DNA of 43,752 nucleotides from a virus (Duplodnaviria; Heunggongvirae; Uroviricota; Caudoviricetes): IMG/VR virus record IMGVR_UViG_2541047807_000012, one strand, 5' to 3'. Shown piece by piece: positions 39,993 through 43,752 of this stretch. The stretch's first letter is position 1; each line of letters opens with the position of its first letter. Made by a program: the position numbers and the translations under genes. The notes below the pieces were generated by a model. That model was given only the letters and a program-made list of their open reading frames with translations, had not been told where the DNA came from and searched no databases.

Positions 39993-41741
39993 GTGGATAT
40001 GGCAGCAGTAAAAATCTCAGGTGTGCTGAAAGATGGTGCGGGAAAACCAATACAGAACTGCACTATTCAACTGAAGGCAAAGCGTAACAGCACCACGGTA
40101 CTGGTCAACACAGTGGCCTCTGAAAATCCGGATGAAGCCGGGCGTTACAGCATGGATGTTGAGTATGGACAGTACAGCGTCACCCTGCTGGTTGAAGGTT
40201 TTCCGCCTTCACATGCCGGGACCATTACCGTCTATGAAGGTTCCAGTCCGGGGACGCTGAATGATTTTCTCGGTGCCATGACGGAAGATGATGTCATGCC
40301 GGAGGCATTGCGCCGTTTTCAGGAAATGGTGGAAGAAGCGGCACGCAACGCTGAAGCCGCCTCTCAGAGCGCAGCGGCGGCAAAGAAATCCGAAACTGCA
40401 GCTGCAACACGTTCGGAAGCGGCTGCAGACCGTGCAGAAGCCGCAGCGGAAGTGACGGCAGAGCCTTATGCGAATATAGTGCCGCCGCTGCCTGATGTGT
40501 GGATACCGTTTAACGATTCACTGGATATGATTACGGGATTTTCGCCATCATATAAAAAGATTGTTATTGGTGACGATGAAATAACAATGCCAGGCGACAA
40601 GATTGTTAAGTTTAAACGTGCTTCAACAGCAACGTATATTAATAAGTCCGGCCAACTCAAGCTTGCTGAAGTTGACGAACCGCGATTTGAGCGCGATGGC
40701 TTATTGATTGAAGGACAGAGGACAAATTATCTGAGGAACTCAAATAAACCAGACTCATGGACTATTCATTCCGCACTGAATAAAACATTTGGCACTGATA
40801 AACAGGGGTTCAATTATGCCACGGTGACACCCACGGAAAGTATAGTGGGAACAACAGGTGGCTATACTGTTCATGGTGTGGTTGCAGCAGACAGATTCCC
40901 GCTGGCAAGTGGTGAATGTTTCACTTTTTCGTGCCGGGTTAAAGGCGCTAAAGCACGATGCAGGTTAAGAGTTTCAGTTATTATTGGTGGAACAGATACC
41001 TTCTCTGCTGACTCTTATCTTGATCTGGATACCCGGATCGCAACAGTAAGCGGTAATACATCCCTTATAACGGCCAAAGCTGAACAACAGGGTGAGTGGA
41101 CTTACTATGAGGCCACTTATACAGCTAATACGGATATTGATACCGTTAACTGTGCTTTTTATATGACAAACAAAATAAGTAATGAGCCATTCTATGATGA
41201 CTCAACATTAACCATGACGACGCCGCAAATTGAACTGGGCAATACGGCATCGTCATTTATTGTAACTACAATGCCAACAACACGCGCAAGTGATGTAGTT
41301 ACTATCCCATCGCAGAATAACCTGTCAACACGGCCTTTTACGGTATTGTGCGAAGTAAGCAGGAACTGGAGTACACCGCCCAATGTTGCTCCAAGGATAT
41401 TTGATGTTGGAGGGCACAGTATTGATGATAATTATTTATCGCTGGGGTTTGTTTCAACAGGAAAGATAAGCGCCAACGTAGGAATGGTTCAGCCACAAAT
41501 TGCCTCAGATGGAGAAAGGTTCATTGTGGGTGTGAGAGCTAAATCTGATTTATCAGTAAATGCAATATGCAATGGTAATTATACAACAAACCTTAATGGT
41601 AAAATATTTGGAATTACAGCAACATCGTACCGGTTTGGTGGGCAGACCGCAACAGGAACGCGTCATTTGTTTGGACACATCAGAAATTTCAGAGTCTGGT
41701 TTAAAGAATTAAATGACAGGCAAATCAAGGAGGCAGTATGA
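39993..41741 (+). CDS. stf: Side tail fiber protein (lambda Stf-like N-terminus, divergent lectin-like C-terminal region)
   Basis: N-terminal ~150 aa match the recalled lambda Stf start (AVKISGVLKDG.GKP.QNCTIQLKA.RNSTTV...). C-terminus ends in a LamG/ConA-like pattern (RFGGQTATGTRHLFGHIRNFRVW). Confidence 0.8.
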   Translation: MDMAAVKISGVLKDGAGKPIQNCTIQLKAKRNSTTVLVNTVASENPDEAGRYSMDVEYGQYSVTLLVEGFPPSHAGTITVYEGSSPGTLNDFLGAMTEDDVMPEALRRFQEMVEEAARNAEAASQSAAAAKKSETAAATRSEAAADRAEAAAEVTAEPYANIVPPLPDVWIPFNDSLDMITGFSPSYKKIVIGDDEITMPGDKIVKFKRASTATYINKSGQLKLAEVDEPRFERDGLLIEGQRTNYLRNSNKPDSWTIHSALNKTFGTDKQGFNYATVTPTESIVGTTGGYTVHGVVAADRFPLASGECFTFSCRVKGAKARCRLRVSVIIGGTDTFSADSYLDLDTRIATVSGNTSLITAKAEQQGEWTYYEATYTANTDIDTVNCAFYMTNKISNEPFYDDSTLTMTTPQIELGNTASSFIVTTMPTTRASDVVTIPSQNNLSTRPFTVLCEVSRNWSTPPNVAPRIFDVGGHSIDDNYLSLGFVSTGKISANVGMVQPQIASDGERFIVGVRAKSDLSVNAICNGNYTTNLNGKIFGITATSYRFGGQTATGTRHLFGHIRNFRVWFKELNDRQIKEAV

Positions 41742-42016
41742 AAGATTTAACTTTGAAATTTCCTGGTAACAGAGAGTTTAAATCCTTCCTGTCATCTCTT
41801 GACTGGGAGGAGGATGAAGACCTCCAGAATAAACTGTTAGTCGATGAAATTGGTTTCACCTACACAGAAACAGGGGTAACAGAAGAGGGAGAACCTGTCT
41901 GTGTCCGGAATGACGGTTATTTTGTCAACATTCGCATTCTTGATGACTTGTTTGATGTTTCTGTATTCTCTGATTATGTCGTGGAGCTGGAAACACCGCT
42001 TCGGGAATGGAGCTGA
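41738..42016 (+). CDS. Small acidic hypothetical protein, translationally coupled to stf
   Basis: 92 aa; ATGA overlap with the stf stop. No Tfa similarity. Confidence 0.45.
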   Translation: MKDLTLKFPGNREFKSFLSSLDWEEDEDLQNKLLVDEIGFTYTETGVTEEGEPVCVRNDGYFVNIRILDDLFDVSVFSDYVVELETPLREWS

Positions 42017-42028
42017 AAGGAGGAAATA

Positions 42029-42322
42029 ATGGATATAAGCCCCTTACTTCATGCACTTTGTGCTGTGGCTGCGCAGATACTGGTTGGTCTTTTTACCGGA
42101 AACTGGGCTTACGGAGCGATAGCCGGTTGTACGTTCTTCATTGCGCGGGAACACACCCAGGCAGAATATCGCTGGATTGAAATGTTCGGGCATGGCAAGC
42201 GAATGAATATGCCGTGGTGGGGCGGTTTTGATCCGCGAGTTTGGGATGTGGCAAGCCTGATAGATTTTGCTGTGCCGGTGGTGGCGTGTCTGCTGGTCTG
42301 GCTGTTGGTTAATCGTGGGTGA
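42029..42322 (+). CDS. Small predicted membrane protein (two hydrophobic segments)
   Basis: 97 aa with a strong AAAGGAGG Shine-Dalgarno; hydrophobic N- and C-terminal segments. Confidence 0.45.
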   Translation: MDISPLLHALCAVAAQILVGLFTGNWAYGAIAGCTFFIAREHTQAEYRWIEMFGHGKRMNMPWWGGFDPRVWDVASLIDFAVPVVACLLVWLLVNRG

Positions 42323-42332
42323 AAAAAGGTGA

Positions 42333-42450
42333 GCTGTATATGCAACGGAGGAAGAAACCCCGTTGCTGGAAGCCTGGAAAAAGTATCGGGTGTTGCTGAA
42401 CCGTGTTGATACGTCAACTGCACAGGATATTGAATGGCCAGCACTGCCGT
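42333..42450 (+). pseudogene. tfa: 3' remnant of a tail fiber assembly gene (tfa)
   Basis: Reads [39 protein letters not shown], matching the recalled conserved lambda Tfa C-terminus; no upstream coding continuity or start. Confidence 0.6.
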
Positions 42451-42548
42451 AGGGTAAAACATATAAATTCTATAATTAGATGTATCTTTCCATTTACGGC
42501 AAGGAAGGGGGCTTGGAAGACGTAAAGCATCTCACACCGAGATTATTT

Positions 42549-43139
42549 TTATATGTCAGGTGTCTGAAGTTTTGCTTTGGCTCTTAAAATGGTTTGCCGC
42601 GAGGTTTTGAATTCCCGGGCAATGGCACTTATACTTACACCTGACTTAATTCGTTCGAATACCACCTGTTTCTGTTCTTCATTTAACACAGGTGGTCGAC
42701 CAAAACGTTTCCCTGCGCCCCGGGCTCTTACTATCCCGGAATGAGTGCGTTCAAGTAAAAGGTCTCGTTCAAATTCAGCGACTGCTGAAATTACTTGCAT
42801 CATCATTTTTCCTGTTGGACTGGTCAGGTCAATGCCCCCCAATGCTAAGCAATGCACTCTGATACCTGTTTCGGTCAGTTGTTCCACTGTTTTCCTGATA
42901 TCCATTGCATTACAACCAAGGCGATCCAGTTTTGTCACAATCAATTGATCACCACATTTCAGGCGAGCAAGCAACCGGTTAAAACCAGGACGCTCACTGG
43001 TTGCTGCTGAGCCGCTAATGTGTTCTTCGATTATTTGCTGAGGTTTGATTTTAAAACCTGCACTTTCGATTTCCCGGCGTTGATTTTCGGTGGTCTGATC
43101 CAGAGTTGATATCCGACAGTAAGCAAAAATTCGAGACAT
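42549..43139 (-). CDS. pin: Serine recombinase (resolvase/invertase family; PinQ/PinR-like)
   Basis: 196 aa; N-terminal catalytic motif ([11 protein letters not shown], Ser nucleophile) and C-terminal HTH. Confidence 0.85.
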
Positions 43140-43518
43140 AGTGAGACTCTATACGAAATTGGTGTACATATCATAATGCATATCCAAAAATTATTTCGCT
43201 TATTATTGCACATATTTGTATGTATACGTTCGAAAATAAACAAATTCGGATGCAGTCCCGTAATTTTGGTGTAACCCAAAATCGATTTTTTGAAAAATGG
43301 CTTTAACTCGGTTTGTTTTTCGAACTCCGGGCGGACTCGAGAAAGACGAATAATAGTGTTGTATGTTGTTTTAGCCAGATTTCAATTTGTTTGGTCTTGG
43401 AAAAGTGAAGCAAAAAGTTGTTAAAGTGGAAAAATGGTAAAAAAGTAGGTTGTTGCGGCATAACGTAGTTGTTGATATTTTTTAATGCATTGAAAAATTA
43501 TTTTTCAGGGGGTGTTTA

Positions 43519-43752
43519 TTACACTTTACCATTTAAATTTTGGTTGTCTTTAAGAACTGATATCGCTGTTTGTAATAATTCTTTGTTATCCAGCCATGAC
43601 TTTTTCTTTATGTTTCCTTCAATGTAATCAAGCAATGTTCTGGTATTGATAGGTCTTCCCTGTTTTGCCACTTCCACGACAGCATCTCCCAGGATAATTC
43701 TGACTTCAGGAAGCTGCGCGGGGAACCACTTTAGGGTGTCTTTTGATTTCAT
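43519..43752 (-). CDS. YdfK/YnaE-like small prophage protein (start codon at window edge)
   Basis: 77 aa ORF whose ATG is the last three bases of the window; gene order after pin matches Qin/Rac. Confidence 0.55.
   Translation of the reverse strand: MKSKDTLKWFPAQLPEVRIILGDAVVEVAKQGRPINTRTLLDYIEGNIKKKSWLDNKELLQTAISVLKDNQNLNGKV

Overview
This window is almost entirely one lambdoid prophage of an Enterobacteriaceae host (E. coli/Shigella-like), apparently inserted in the 5' end of prfC (a 22-codon prfC start fragment sits at 91..165). All family and gene names below come from reading the translated ORFs and recalling known families and gene order; no database search was run. From left to right: a tyrosine integrase, a leftward early operon resembling the KplE1/CPS-53 set (TorI-like excisionase, DUF551, YfdS/YfdR/YfdQ/YfdP-like), a cI/cro immunity switch with operators on both sides, a replication and nin-like region (Rha, replication initiator with iterons, PerC-like, LexA-DBD-only, RusA, KilA-N, DUF968, Q), a Qin-like late region with three cold-shock genes, a phage-21-type lysis cassette (pinholin, SAR endolysin, Rz/Rz1), cos and terminase, a lambda-like head and tail gene series (portal through J), lom, a side tail fiber, a PinQ/PinR-like serine recombinase and a YdfK/YnaE-like gene. 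The right attachment site is not in the window. No tRNA, rRNA, CRISPR array or IS element was recognised. The best candidates for undescribed biology are small unassigned gene pairs at three accessory hotspots: a convergent pair inserted between holin and endolysin, a convergent pair between int and xis, and two small ORFs that replace tfa after a tail fiber with a divergent C-terminus. Also notable are a structured, terminator-containing pL leader with no N-like gene, and a LexA DNA-binding-domain-only protein.
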